Assembly (NCBI GenBank): GCA_963816355.1
Contig: CAWFKH010000003.1
Coordinates: 352,001-416,000, forward strand
Length of the DNA stretch: 64,000 nucleotides
Direction: 5' to 3'
Origin: an uncultured Gemmatimonadales bacterium
Lineage (GTDB): Bacteria > Gemmatimonadota > Gemmatimonadetes > Longimicrobiales > RSA9
Shown piece by piece: positions 46,172 through 61,638 of the stretch; the first letter of the stretch is position 1; each line of letters begins with the position of its first letter. Both the position numbers and the translations under genes were made by a program. A model generated the notes under the pieces. That model did not search any database, was not told where the DNA came from, and worked only from the letters and a program-made list of their open reading frames with translations.

Positions 46172-46854
46172 GCGTCCGCCGGCTCCGTGCGAGCCGAGTC
46201 GTAGACGACGCGGCCCGCGTCGAGCTCCACCACGCGGTAGGCGGGGAAGCGGCGTACGATATCGAGGTCGTGCGTCGCCATGATGAGCGCCGTCCCCGCG
46301 GCGTTGATGTCGCGGAAGAGCTCGAAGATGCCGCGTGCCGCGCGCTCGTCGAGGTTGCCGGTGGGCTCGTCGGCGAGCAGCACCAGCGGCTCGTTGGCGA
46401 GGGCCCGCGCGATGCCGACCCGCTGCTGCTCGCCGCCGGAGAGTTGTGACGGCAGCGACTCCGCCTTCGCGGCGAGTCCGGCGCGCGCGAGCAGGTGGCG
46501 CGCGCGTTCGCGCGCGGCGGCTGCGCGCGCTCCCGTCACCTCGAGCGCGAAGGCGACGTTCTCGGCCGCCGTCCGGTTCTGCAGCAGGCGGAAGTCCTGA
46601 AAGACGAAGCCGATCTTGCGACGGAGCCGGGGCACGTCCCTGCGCCGGATGCGCGCGGCGTCGTAGCCGCTCACCCTCAGCTCGCCCCGCGTGGGCCGCT
46701 CCTCCATGTGGATCAGCCGCAGCGCCGTCGTCTTGCCGGCGCCGCTGGGTCCGGTCAGGAAGACGAGCTCGCCCTTGCCCACGGCGAAGGAGACGTTGTC
46801 GAGCGCCAGTCCCGTCCGCGGGTATTCCTTGCTGACGTGCTCGAAGCGGATCAT
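46168..46854 (-). CDS. ftsE: Cell division ATPase
   Basis: GPSGAGKTT, VFQDFRLL, LSGGEQQR, DEPTGNLD. Confidence 0.94.
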   Translation of the reverse strand: MIRFEHVSKEYPRTGLALDNVSFAVGKGELVFLTGPSGAGKTTALRLIHMEERPTRGELRVSGYDAARIRRRDVPRLRRKIGFVFQDFRLLQNRTAAENVAFALEVTGARAAAARERARHLLARAGLAAKAESLPSQLSGGEQQRVGIARALANEPLVLLADEPTGNLDERAARGIFELFRDINAAGTALIMATHDLDIVRRFPAYRVVELDAGRVVYDSARTEPADA

Positions 46855-47846
46855 TCCGAAGCAGCGGTTCCGCGAGCGCTCCCGGCCCGCGCCCGCGCGA
46901 GGCGCGCGGCGAGGCGGAGCGCTTCGATCATCGAGGAAGGGTCGGCGAGGGCGCGGCCCGCGATGTCGCGCGCCGTCCCATGGTCCGGCGAGGTGCGGAC
47001 GAAGGGAAGCCCCAGCGTGACGTTGACGCCGCGCCCGAATGCGGCCGTCTTGAACGCGGCCATGCCGACATCGTGGTACGGCGCGACGACGGCGTCGAAC
47101 TCGCCCCGGGCCGCCCGCAGGAAGACGGTGTCGGCCGGCAGCGGGCCCGCCACTGCCACCCCCTCGGCCCGCAGCGCGTCGACGGCGGGCGAGAGCACGC
47201 GCGCCTCCTCGTCGCCGAACAAGCCTCCGTCCGAAGCGTGGGGGTTGAGCGCGCAGAGCGCAAGCCGCGGCGAGCGCTCGCCCCAGTCACGCACGAGGGC
47301 GTCTCTCAGCAGCATCGCCTGCTCGATCAGGAGGGGGGTGGTCACGGCGGTCGGAACGGCGGAAAGCGGGATGTGCGTGGTCGCCAGCAGCACGCGCAGC
47401 GGCCCGCCCAGCGCCGTCCGCTCGGCCACCATCAACATGCCCACGCGGGTCACGCCGGCGAGCGCCGCGAGCATCTCCGTATGGCCGGGATAACCGTAGC
47501 CGGCCGCGTGCAGCGCGTGCTTGTCGATCGGCGCCGTGACGATGCCGGCGACCTCGCCCTTCAGCGCGAGCGCCGCGGCCTGCTCGATCGCGGCGCCGGC
47601 GAGCCGGCCCGCGTCGATCTCCTCTCGCTCGGCCTCGCCGGTCTGCGTGCCCCCGGCGGCGGCGCCGCGCCAGCGCCCGACCTCGAGGAGCGGGGCCGCG
47701 CCGTCGGCCGCGGTCCCCGCCGGGCCCACCAGCAGCGGCTCGACCTCGCCGGCGGTCGCGGCGAGCGCGGCGACCACGATCTCGGGCCCGACGCCCCGCG
47801 GATCGCCGAGCGTCAGCGCCAGGCGCGGACGCTTCACGGCCGACAT
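46851..47846 (-). CDS. pdxA: 4-hydroxythreonine-4-phosphate dehydrogenase
   Basis: GDPRGVGPE, GHTE, LNPHA, YHD, RTSPDHGTA. Confidence 0.95.
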   Translation of the reverse strand: MSAVKRPRLALTLGDPRGVGPEIVVAALAATAGEVEPLLVGPAGTAADGAAPLLEVGRWRGAAAGGTQTGEAEREEIDAGRLAGAAIEQAAALALKGEVAGIVTAPIDKHALHAAGYGYPGHTEMLAALAGVTRVGMLMVAERTALGGPLRVLLATTHIPLSAVPTAVTTPLLIEQAMLLRDALVRDWGERSPRLALCALNPHASDGGLFGDEEARVLSPAVDALRAEGVAVAGPLPADTVFLRAARGEFDAVVAPYHDVGMAAFKTAAFGRGVNVTLGLPFVRTSPDHGTARDIAGRALADPSSMIEALRLAARLARARAGSARGTAASE

Positions 47847-47871
47847 CCCCGCGACGTCCGCGGCGCCCGCC

Positions 47872-49224
47872 TCACATGCGGACGTCGATGTACGTCTTCG
47901 CGCGCAGCTCTCCGATGATCTCGTCCATCATCTTGCTCTGCTGGATCTGATCGCGGATCTGCGAGCGCAGGTCGTCGATCGTGTACTCGCCGGCGGGCGA
48001 GACCGCCGTCACCTTGACGATCGCGAACTTGGTCGGCGCCTGGCCCTGGCCGCTGAGCTCGATCGGACCCACGACGTCGGCATCGGAGACCTTCGCGAGC
48101 TTCTCGTCGTACGGGGCGGGAAGCTGGCTCACCGGATAGGGCCCGACGCGCGCCTGCTCTGCCGGGTCGCCGTACTCGGACGTGAGCGAGTCGATCGAGG
48201 CGCCGTCGCGGATCTGCTGCGCGAGCCGCTCGCCGAGGGCGCGCGTACGCTCGACATCGGCCTGCGAGATCGGCGCCTGGATCAGGATGTGGCGTGCCTG
48301 CCGCTCCCCGCCCCGCACCTTCTCGACCTTGATGATATGGAAGCCGTAAGTGGTCTCCACGACGCCGCTGACCGCCCCCGGCGGCAGCGAGAACGCGGCG
48401 TTCTCGAACGCCGGGAGCATCTGCCCGCGCTTGAACCAGCCGAGATCGCCACCCTGCTCCTTCGTGCCGGGATCGTCCGAGTAGCGCTTCGCCAGGGTCG
48501 CGAAGTCCGCGCCCTTCCTCAGCTCGCCGAGGATCATGCTCGCCTTCTGGAGGGCGGCCGCGCGCGCCGAGTCCGCCGGCTTCGGCGCGAGCACGATCTG
48601 GCGGAACGAGATCGTCGCCGGCTTGTCTCCGAGCTGCGCCTTGTGCGATTCGAAGTAGTCGCGGATCTCCTCCTCCGTCACGGTGGGCGGGTCGGAGGAC
48701 TGGCGGCGGCGGTTCATGTACTGCTGGATGACCAGGGTCCGCGCGTACTGCTTGGAGAGCATCTGCCGGAACTCGGTCATCGTGAGGCCTTCGCGCGCCA
48801 GCGCGGCCTCGAACTGCGGCTGTCCGCCGAACGCCTGCTGGCGCTGCGCGACGTCCTGGTCGATCGCCCGCTGCACGTCGCCCGGCGCGGCTGTGAGCGA
48901 ATCCCTGACCGCCGCCTGCAGCATCACCAGCTCGTCGATCTGCTGGTCGATCACCCGCTTCCGCACCGCCGCCGTGTCGACCGTGCCCTTCTCGTCCTGA
49001 AGCGCGCGCAGCAGCTCGAGCTGGACCTCCGACTGCAGCAGCACGCTGTCGCCGACCACCGCCACGACGCGGTCGACCACTTCGGGGCCGCCGACGGCCG
49101 GCCCGACCGGCTCCTGTGCATGCGCCGCGGGCGTCGCCAGCGCGAGCGCCGCCAGCGCGAGCGTCGCCGCGAGCACCGGCATCCATCGTTTCGAGAGTCG
49201 CATCACGTTGCGGGATCGGGACAT
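47872..49224 (-). CDS. surA: SurA-like chaperone with parvulin PPIase domains
   Basis: VDRVVAVVG, FATLAKRYSDD..GGDLGW, GFHIIKV; adjacent to pdxA. Confidence 0.85.
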   Translation of the reverse strand: MSRSRNVMRLSKRWMPVLAATLALAALALATPAAHAQEPVGPAVGGPEVVDRVVAVVGDSVLLQSEVQLELLRALQDEKGTVDTAAVRKRVIDQQIDELVMLQAAVRDSLTAAPGDVQRAIDQDVAQRQQAFGGQPQFEAALAREGLTMTEFRQMLSKQYARTLVIQQYMNRRRQSSDPPTVTEEEIRDYFESHKAQLGDKPATISFRQIVLAPKPADSARAAALQKASMILGELRKGADFATLAKRYSDDPGTKEQGGDLGWFKRGQMLPAFENAAFSLPPGAVSGVVETTYGFHIIKVEKVRGGERQARHILIQAPISQADVERTRALGERLAQQIRDGASIDSLTSEYGDPAEQARVGPYPVSQLPAPYDEKLAKVSDADVVGPIELSGQGQAPTKFAIVKVTAVSPAGEYTIDDLRSQIRDQIQQSKMMDEIIGELRAKTYIDVRM

Positions 49225-49305
49225 GGAACGAAGCGAGGCCGACGTCGCGCCGGCCTCGCTCTAGTATCCCTTCGAAACCACCGGGTTCCCACCGCCGGGC
49301 GGCGC

Positions 49306-50814
49306 TCAGCCGCCCGAGGTGTCCGGCGGCGTAGCCGGCTGGCCTGCCGCCGCGGGGGCGCTGCCCGGCTGCGGTGCCGACGCAGACGGCTGGCCGGCAG
49401 CCCCGGATGCCGTCGCGCCGCCGGTCGTGTCCGGCGCGGCCGCCTGACGGATCGCCTCCACTTTCGAGACGACGTCCGGGAAAGCGTTCTCGAACACCTC
49501 CGCGTTGTTCTTCTGGCGGAGCGCGAAGGAGATCGGACCGAGCGGCAGCACCTGCTGCTCGCCCTTCACGATCGACTCCAGCAGCGCCTTGACGCGCCGG
49601 TCGACCGCCGCCGCTCGCGTCTCGCCCTGCTGCGGCTTCGCCGGCAGGAGCCCCGCCTGGTGGACCGCCATCGCGAGGCGCGCGCGCACTTCGCCGACGA
49701 CCGAGTCCTTCGCCGCCTGGTCCACGGTGAAGCCCTGCTTCTTCGCTTCGGCGATCAGGATCTCGTTCGTCGACAGGCCCTTGAGTACCCGCTCCATCTG
49801 GTCGTCCGTCGCCGACGCGTACTGCGCCCGCTGCTGCGGAGCCAGGCGCCGGATGAAGTTGAGGAACTCCTCCGCCGTGAGGGAGCCGCCGTTGTAGGAG
49901 ACGAGATCGCGCGACGCGGCGCGCCCGCTCAGGTCCGACTGCGCGTTCTTCGCCAGCTCACGCGCCACGTCGAAGGCGCCGTCCTCGACCTGGATGTCCA
50001 GCGGATCCGTGAGCGACTTGATGTAGTTCTGCTCCGCCTCGTTCGCCCGCTGCTGCACCATCTGGGCGCGGAACTGCACCTCGTTGTCCTGGAACTTCGG
50101 CACCCGGCGATCCTCCACCTTGATCACGTGGAAGCCGAACGGCGTCTCGACCACCGGGCTCACTTCGCCCGGCTTCAGCTTGAAGGCGGCTTCCTCGAAC
50201 GGCCCCACCATCTGGCCACGCTGGAAGTAGCCCAGGTCGCCGCCGTTCTTCGCGCTGCCCGGATCCTCGCTGTACTTCTCGGCCAGCTTCGCGAAATCCT
50301 CGCCCGCCGCCGCCCGCTTCTGCAGATCCTCCGCCAGCGCCCGCGCCGAATCCTTCTTCGCCTGCGAATCCTCCGGGCTCACGCGGATCAGGATGTGCCG
50401 CGCCCGGACCGAGACGTCCGGCTGGTTCTCCGCGTACAGCTTCTGGAGCTGCTCCTCCGTGAACGTCGTGTCTGGCTGCACGACCTTGTCCCGCAGCTTG
50501 TATACGATCTCCTGCTCCATCTCGGGCAGGACGACCTGGTCCAGGTTCAGCCCGGAGAGCGTCGAGTCCTGCGACGCCGCTTCCGCCAGCAGCGTATAGT
50601 CGACCCACAGGTTCGCCACCGCCTGCGCGACGGTCGGTTGGGCCGGGAGACGCGGGTTCTTCGCGATCAGCGACGCCGTCTCGTCCTTCGTCAATTCGTG
50701 ACCCCCCGCACGGGCCACCAGATCCGTGTGCGAGGTCATCGCCTTGCCGATGCGGTCGCAGCCCGCCGTCGCCACGGCGGCCATCAGCGCGAACGTCGCG
50801 AGTCTCTTGAACAT
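49306..50814 (-). CDS. Parvulin (PpiC-type) PPIase lipoprotein
   Basis: Lipobox TAGC; ARHILI, SEDPGS..GGDLG, FGFHVIK. Confidence 0.88.
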   Translation of the reverse strand: MFKRLATFALMAAVATAGCDRIGKAMTSHTDLVARAGGHELTKDETASLIAKNPRLPAQPTVAQAVANLWVDYTLLAEAASQDSTLSGLNLDQVVLPEMEQEIVYKLRDKVVQPDTTFTEEQLQKLYAENQPDVSVRARHILIRVSPEDSQAKKDSARALAEDLQKRAAAGEDFAKLAEKYSEDPGSAKNGGDLGYFQRGQMVGPFEEAAFKLKPGEVSPVVETPFGFHVIKVEDRRVPKFQDNEVQFRAQMVQQRANEAEQNYIKSLTDPLDIQVEDGAFDVARELAKNAQSDLSGRAASRDLVSYNGGSLTAEEFLNFIRRLAPQQRAQYASATDDQMERVLKGLSTNEILIAEAKKQGFTVDQAAKDSVVGEVRARLAMAVHQAGLLPAKPQQGETRAAAVDRRVKALLESIVKGEQQVLPLGPISFALRQKNNAEVFENAFPDVVSKVEAIRQAAAPDTTGGATASGAAGQPSASAPQPGSAPAAAGQPATPPDTSGG

Positions 50815-50967
50815 GCGATCTGTCTTTTTCCGTGTTGATAGGGCCGGCGCCGACGGCACCGGCAAGAGACACAAACTACCCAATGTAGATTTCGGCGTTC
50901 CGAGGCGCCAGCGCCCGCGGCTTCGCGCCGTGCCGCTCCGCGCGCTGCCGCCCCGGCGCGACGCGTC

Positions 50968-54270
<3,303 letters not shown>

Positions 54271-54272
54271 CG

Positions 54273-56324
54273 TCAGGTCCGTGCGATGTTCGGGGCGCTC
54301 TTTACCCTCGGCGCGCCGGCGGCGCGGCCGCTCGCGGCGAGCAACGCTTCGGCGAGCAGCGCGATCAGTGCCGCCACCAGCAGGGCGGGCCAGAGCTGGT
54401 ACCCGAGGCGGTCGCGGAAGATCGACCGGCGCCAGGCGCGCCGGTCGCCCGCGAAGTGGACCGCCTCGCCGCTCAGGCGCCGCTCCAGCGCGGCGCGGTC
54501 GATGCGCGCCAGCGGCGTCTCCGCAGGCGGCGGATTGGCCACCAGCAGGTCGAGCGTCGAGTCTGCCGCGAGCACGCGGTAGACGCCGGGCTCGAGCGGG
54601 CGGTAGGGGGCGCCGCCCTCCACCGGGAGGGGCGCCCCGCCGATCGGCGCCACGGCGCTCGCCGCGTCCGGAAGCGTGACCGCGTCTCCCACCGTCACCT
54701 CGCGCGCGGGCGTTCCGGTGGCCGTCCACGGTCCCAGCATGCGGTCGAGGAGCGGGATGAGAGCGGCCGACGTCGGCAGCGTCGTCGCGCTTCCGTTCAG
54801 CGGCGATGCGGCGACCAGGTAGATCCCGCCGCCGGGCGCGCGCCCCCGCACCAGCCACGGCTCTCCACTCGACAGCCGCACGAGCACCGAATCGTCGCGC
54901 GCCCCCGCACCCTCGCCGCCGAGCGGGTAGATGAGCCGCACGCGTGCGTCGCGCAGCGCGGACGCCAGCTCGGGATCCGCCGAGGTCGGCGCGAAGCGCG
55001 CCTCGCCGTTCGCCTGCGCCGCCGCGTACCGCCATGGAATCCCCGCCGCGGCGAGCCGCCGATTGGCCGCCGGCAGCTCCACCGCGCTGTCCGGCGGCAG
55101 GACGACCACCGCCGCCCCGCGCGCGACGGCGTCCGCTCCGACCGCCGCTGGCGCCACGACGGTCTCGCCGCCCTCGGCGGCGAACGGCGTGGAGATGGCG
55201 CCGGGTGCGGAGGCGGCGCCGGGTGTGGAGGCGCGGGGCGTGGAGGCGGCGCCAGCCGCACCGGCGGCCCCCGGCGCGGTCGGGGCGGCCGAACCTCGGA
55301 GCGCGATGCGGGCGGCGCCCGAAAGGACGGTGAGCGCCTCCTCGACGAAGGGCGCCGGCCGCGCGAGCGAGACGCGCGGCGCGGCGCGCACGGCGGCCGC
55401 GAAGTAGCGGCGGTCGTCACCGCGGAGCGCGTCCGGCTCGATCTCGACGTTCCCGACGAGGGCGCGTCGGGAGGGCGCGGAGAGCGACATTGTGAGGTCG
55501 GCGCCCGGACGGGCGAGGGCCGCCGCCGCCACCCGCCCGTCGACGCGAAGGCGGACCGGCACGGAATCGCGCGCCCCCTCGACGCGCACCACGACCGTGG
55601 TGCGCTCGCCGGCACGCGGCGCGAAGCCCCCCCCCAGAAGCACGGACGTGACACCGGCGTTGCGCGGCGGCGGCGCGGCGGGCGCCCACACGACGACGGG
55701 CGGTCCGCGCACGCCCGCCGGACCGCGGAAGGCCGTCGCTTGCAGGTCGCTGAGCAGCTCGATCTCCGGCGACCGCCGCTCGGCGCCGCCGGCGAGCAGG
55801 CCGCGCCCGCGCTCGATCGCGGCGCTCACGTCGCCGGCGCTGGCGGAGACCGTGGTTTCGCGCACGCGGGCGGCGATCGTGGCGGCGTCGCCGGCGGTCG
55901 CGGCGTCCCACGGCTGCGCCGCCTTCACGAGCCAGAAGCGGTCGTCCGGCCCCGCGTCGGCGAGAACGTCGAGCGCGCGCGCCTTCAGCTCGTCGAGGGT
56001 GCGGCGGCCTGCCACGATGGCGCCGCTGCTCAGCGAGTTGTCGAGGACGATCACGGCCGCGGTGGGGTGGTGGCCGGAGCCGCCGAGGCGGACGTACGGC
56101 CGCGCCGCCGCCAGGGCGAGGAACAGCAGCGCCGCGATGCGCAGGAGCATGAGCAGGAGCTGGCGGACGCGGATGCGGCGGGCGTTCTCGCGCTCGGCGC
56201 GTCGCAGGTAGCGCAGGGCGGGGAAGACCACGCGCGGCCCCTGGTGGCGCTGCAGCAGGTGGACCAGCAGCGGCACCGCCGCCGCGACGCCGAGCAGGAG
56301 GAACGCCGGCGAGAGGAAGCCCAT
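54273..56324 (-). CDS. BatA-domain / vWA-like membrane protein
   Basis: MGFLSP..PLLVHL..FPALRYL..LLRI..ARP; LDNSLS, LLSDLQ; C-terminal TM. Confidence 0.85.
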   Translation of the reverse strand: MGFLSPAFLLLGVAAAVPLLVHLLQRHQGPRVVFPALRYLRRAERENARRIRVRQLLLMLLRIAALLFLALAAARPYVRLGGSGHHPTAAVIVLDNSLSSGAIVAGRRTLDELKARALDVLADAGPDDRFWLVKAAQPWDAATAGDAATIAARVRETTVSASAGDVSAAIERGRGLLAGGAERRSPEIELLSDLQATAFRGPAGVRGPPVVVWAPAAPPPRNAGVTSVLLGGGFAPRAGERTTVVVRVEGARDSVPVRLRVDGRVAAAALARPGADLTMSLSAPSRRALVGNVEIEPDALRGDDRRYFAAAVRAAPRVSLARPAPFVEEALTVLSGAARIALRGSAAPTAPGAAGAAGAASTPRASTPGAASAPGAISTPFAAEGGETVVAPAAVGADAVARGAAVVVLPPDSAVELPAANRRLAAAGIPWRYAAAQANGEARFAPTSADPELASALRDARVRLIYPLGGEGAGARDDSVLVRLSSGEPWLVRGRAPGGGIYLVAASPLNGSATTLPTSAALIPLLDRMLGPWTATGTPAREVTVGDAVTLPDAASAVAPIGGAPLPVEGGAPYRPLEPGVYRVLAADSTLDLLVANPPPAETPLARIDRAALERRLSGEAVHFAGDRRAWRRSIFRDRLGYQLWPALLVAALIALLAEALLAASGRAAGAPRVKSAPNIART

Positions 56325-57241
56325 CAGCCGAGCCGTTCGCGCTTGTGCAGGTAGGCGCGCAGCGCGTGCACCATCGGCTGAGCGGTGTCCGCGACCACGT
56401 AGTCGACGCCCTGTGCACGCAGCTCGCGCTCCCACTCCGCGAGCGCGCGGGCGACGGCGTCGCGATATTCGCCGCGCAGGTCCGCCGTGGAGACCGGCAC
56501 CTCCTCGCCGCTCTCGGGATCGATGAAGCGCGCGTCCGCGAGCGAGGGCAGCTCGCGCTCGCCGGGATCGACGAGGTGGAAGACGAGCACCTCGTGGCCG
56601 CGGTGTCGCAGGAAGCGCAGCGCGACGCGCGTCTCCTCCGGCTCGACCAGAAGATCCGACAGGAGCACGACGAGGCCGCGGCGCCGCAGGCGGCCCGCCA
56701 CCTCGCGAAGCGCGCCGCCCGGCTCCGTCTCGCCGCCGGCGTGCAACGCGTCGAGCGAGCGCACGACCTCGTGCCAGTGGCGGCGGCCGCCGCGGGCGCG
56801 CACGTGCTCGCGGATGCGCGTGTCGAAGCCGACCATCCCGACGGCGTCGCCCTGGCGCGTGAGCACGAGCGCGAGGCTCGCCGCGAGCTGCTTCGCGTAC
56901 CACAGCTTCGGCGGCAGGTCCGGCGAGGAGCTCCATCCCATCGACGCGCTCACGTCCACGAGGAGGTAGGCGCGCAGGTTCGTCTCCGCCTCGTACTGCT
57001 TGACGTAGTAGCGGTCGGAGCGACCGAACATGCGCCAGTCGACGTAGCGCAGATCGTCGCCCGGCTGGTAGGCGCGGTGCTCCGCGAACTCGACCGAGAA
57101 GCCGCGGTGCGGCGAACGGTGCAGCCCCGCGACGAAGCCCTCGACGACCTCGCGCGCAGTGAGCTCGAGGCCGCCCAGCCTCGCGAGCTGCTGCGGATCG
57201 AGGAGGTCCGCCCGGCGGTGATCACGTGCGCTCGATTCCAT
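56324..57241 (-). CDS. DUF58 (vWA-like, MoxR-associated) protein
   Basis: [37 protein letters not shown]. Confidence 0.93.
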   Translation of the reverse strand: MESSARDHRRADLLDPQQLARLGGLELTAREVVEGFVAGLHRSPHRGFSVEFAEHRAYQPGDDLRYVDWRMFGRSDRYYVKQYEAETNLRAYLLVDVSASMGWSSSPDLPPKLWYAKQLAASLALVLTRQGDAVGMVGFDTRIREHVRARGGRRHWHEVVRSLDALHAGGETEPGGALREVAGRLRRRGLVVLLSDLLVEPEETRVALRFLRHRGHEVLVFHLVDPGERELPSLADARFIDPESGEEVPVSTADLRGEYRDAVARALAEWERELRAQGVDYVVADTAQPMVHALRAYLHKRERLG

Positions 57242-57457
57242 GGCCTATTCTACGGCGCCCGGTCGAAGAGGTGCCAGGTCACGCGGCCTGGGCACCGCCG
57301 GAACGCCCCCTGCGCGCCGCGGCCGCGCGAGGAGCACGGATGGCGCGGCGAGAGAGGACAGGTTGCGCGCGAAGGCGAAACCGACGAACTCTATGTCGTC
57401 GCGAACAACCAGCCATTACCGCGCCGCCCTCGCCGGGCGCGCCACCAGGGGGAAGGA

Positions 57458-57640
57458 ATGAGCTTCGTCTCCAGCGTACTGCTGCTCGCAGCCATGGCTT
57501 CCGGAGTCGCCGTCCCGATATTCTTCGGCCACGCGCTCGCCACCGGCGAGGTGCGCTGGTACATCGCCGCTGCCATCGCGCTGGCCCTCTCCGCGCTGCT
57601 GATGCTCAGCACGCGCGCGGTCGCGTCGCGCAGGAGCTGA
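57458..57640 (+). CDS. Small 2-TM membrane protein (60 aa)
   Basis: RBS GGAAGGA, two hydrophobic segments, basic C-tail. Confidence 0.55.
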   Translation: MSFVSSVLLLAAMASGVAVPIFFGHALATGEVRWYIAAAIALALSALLMLSTRAVASRRS

Positions 57641-57756
57641 GCCGCGGGACCACGCCTCCGGGCGGAGCGCCGCCGGCGATTGATCCAGGGCGGTCCTTCG
57701 GCTTACATTTGGGGATCTCCGGACCGTCCGAATTCCAGCGAGTGGGAATCGCCCGC

Positions 57757-59556
<1,800 letters not shown>

Positions 59557-59558
59557 CG

Positions 59559-60647
59559 GTGCGCGACGACGCGCGCGCCGCCGCCTCGGAGGCCGACACC
59601 GGCCCCGATCGCGCCGGCACCGTCGTGCGCCTGCCGAACCACCTCGGCGACCTCGTCCTCGCGCTGCCCGCCGTGGCGGCGCTCGCGCCGGAGGCCGTCG
59701 TGGTGCGCCACGGGCTGGCGAGCCTCGCGTCGCTCGCCCAGCCGGGCCACGTCATCCCGCTGCTGCCGGGGCCGGCCGGCGCCGCCCGCGTGGTCCGCCG
59801 GCTGCGGGCCGAGCGCCCGCGCCGCGGCGTGGTGCTGCCGCGCTCCTTCTCCTCCGCGCTGCTATTCGCAGCGGGCGGGGTGCCGGAGCGGCGCGGCGTG
59901 GACGCGGACGGGCGGCGCAGGCTCCTGACCGATCCGGTCCCGGCGAGCGAGACGGAGGGCGTCCACCGGGCGGAGGCGTTCTGGCGCATCGCCCTCGGCG
60001 AGGCGCCACCCGCGCCGCCGGTGCCGCGCGTCGCCGTCCCCGACGGGCTGAGCGCGCAGTGGCGCGACATCGTCGGCCCCCATCCGGACGGCCCCACCGT
60101 CGGCGTGGTGCCCGGTGGCACGGCGTCTTCACGGCGCTGGGATCCATACCGCTTCGCGACGCTGGCGCAGCGGCTCGCCGGGCAGGGCGCGCGCGTCGTC
60201 GTCTTCGGCGGCCCCGAGGAGCGGGACCTGACGGAGGCGGTCGCCGGGACGTGGGCGCTCGACGCGGGCGGCCGCACGGACCTGCCGATGCTCGCCGCCG
60301 CGCTCGCGGCGTGCGACGTCGTCGTCGGCAACGACACCGGCTCGCTGCACCTCGCGGCCGCCGTCGGCGCGCGCACGATCTCGCTGTGGGGCGCGGGGGA
60401 CCCGGCGGAGACCGGCCCGCTGGGCGAGGCGAACGAGCTGATTCGGCGCGCGGATCTGCCGTGCGTGCCGTGCCGGCGCAACGTTTGCCCGCGCTCCGGA
60501 TCCGGCTACGTGCTGCCGGGCGCGGACCGGGAGTGCCTGCGCCTGATCCGCATCGACGCGGTGGGCGACGCGGTGGCCTCCGCCGTCGACCTGCCGCGGC
60601 GCCGCGACTTCACCCGCTCGGAGGGGCTCGATGACGTCATCGCCTGA
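59559..60647 (+). CDS. Glycosyltransferase family 9 (heptosyltransferase II-like)
   Basis: PNHLGDLV, SFSSA, SRRW, GNDTGSLHLAAA, CVPC..C. Confidence 0.88.
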   Translation: MRDDARAAASEADTGPDRAGTVVRLPNHLGDLVLALPAVAALAPEAVVVRHGLASLASLAQPGHVIPLLPGPAGAARVVRRLRAERPRRGVVLPRSFSSALLFAAGGVPERRGVDADGRRRLLTDPVPASETEGVHRAEAFWRIALGEAPPAPPVPRVAVPDGLSAQWRDIVGPHPDGPTVGVVPGGTASSRRWDPYRFATLAQRLAGQGARVVVFGGPEERDLTEAVAGTWALDAGGRTDLPMLAAALAACDVVVGNDTGSLHLAAAVGARTISLWGAGDPAETGPLGEANELIRRADLPCVPCRRNVCPRSGSGYVLPGADRECLRLIRIDAVGDAVASAVDLPRRRDFTRSEGLDDVIA

Positions 60648-61638
60648 CAAGAAGTGGCTCGTGGGCGTCGACCTCGGCGGGACGAACATCGTGGTGGGCG
60701 TGCTGCCGATCGAGGGTGGGGATGGCTCCGTGCTCGCGCTGCGCTCGCTCCCGACGGAGGCGAGCCGCGGCGCCAAGTTCGTGGTCGATCGGATCGCCGC
60801 GATGATCGAGGAGGCGATCGCGCGTGTCCTCGAGGAGCGCGGCGGCGTGCGCGGGGACGTGGCGGGGATCGGAATCGGCTCGCCGGGCCCGCTCGACCGC
60901 GCGACCGGCACGATCATCAACACGCCGAACCTCGGCTGGCGCAACTTTCCGCTGCGCGACCTGATCGCCAACGCGGCGGCGCTGCCCACGCATCTCGACA
61001 ACGACGCGAACTGCGCGACGTATGGCGAGTGGTGGCTCGGCGCGGGCCGCGACGTGGCCACGCTCGTCGGACTCACCATCGGGACCGGCATCGGGGGCGG
61101 CATCGTGCTCGATGGCGAGATCTTCCACGGCGTCACCGACTCCGCGGGCGAGATCGGTCACATGACGATCGACTCGACCGGCCGCAAGTGCAAATGCGGC
61201 AACTACGGCTGTCTCGAGGCGTATGCCTCCGGTCCGGCGATCGCGCTGCGCGCCGCGGAGGGGATCGAGGCGGGGGCCGCGAGCATGCTCTCGGACCTCG
61301 TCGGCGGCCGCCTCGAGGAGATCACCGCCGCGACGGTCTACGAGGCGGTGATCCTCGGCGATCCGTACGCGAACGACGTGATGCGCGAGACCGCCAAGTT
61401 CCTCGGGACCGGCGTCGCCAGCATCGTCAACGTGCTGAACCCGGAGATGGTCGTGATCACGGGCGGCGTCACGCGCGCGGGCGACCACCTCTTCGTGCCG
61501 CTGCGCGCGGAGGTGAGGCGGCGCGCCTTCCGCAGCTCCGAGGAGGCGTGCCGCATCGTGCCGGCGCAGCTTCAGGGTACCGCGGGCGTGATCGGCGCGG
61601 CGGCGGTGTTCAAACACGCGACCTACGGCGCGGTATGA
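60631..61638 (+). CDS. ROK family sugar kinase (glucokinase-like)
   Basis: GVDLGGT, NDAN, GTGIGGG, GEIGH, CKCGNYGCLE. Confidence 0.93.
   Translation: MTSSPDKKWLVGVDLGGTNIVVGVLPIEGGDGSVLALRSLPTEASRGAKFVVDRIAAMIEEAIARVLEERGGVRGDVAGIGIGSPGPLDRATGTIINTPNLGWRNFPLRDLIANAAALPTHLDNDANCATYGEWWLGAGRDVATLVGLTIGTGIGGGIVLDGEIFHGVTDSAGEIGHMTIDSTGRKCKCGNYGCLEAYASGPAIALRAAEGIEAGAASMLSDLVGGRLEEITAATVYEAVILGDPYANDVMRETAKFLGTGVASIVNVLNPEMVVITGGVTRAGDHLFVPLRAEVRRRAFRSSEEACRIVPAQLQGTAGVIGAAAVFKHATYGAV

Noticed and set aside
55195..55290. Ala/Pro/Gly low-complexity insert in the BatA protein (similar inserts in moeA and the ABC fusion)
   Set aside because: Ordinary in-frame linker expansions in a GC-rich genome
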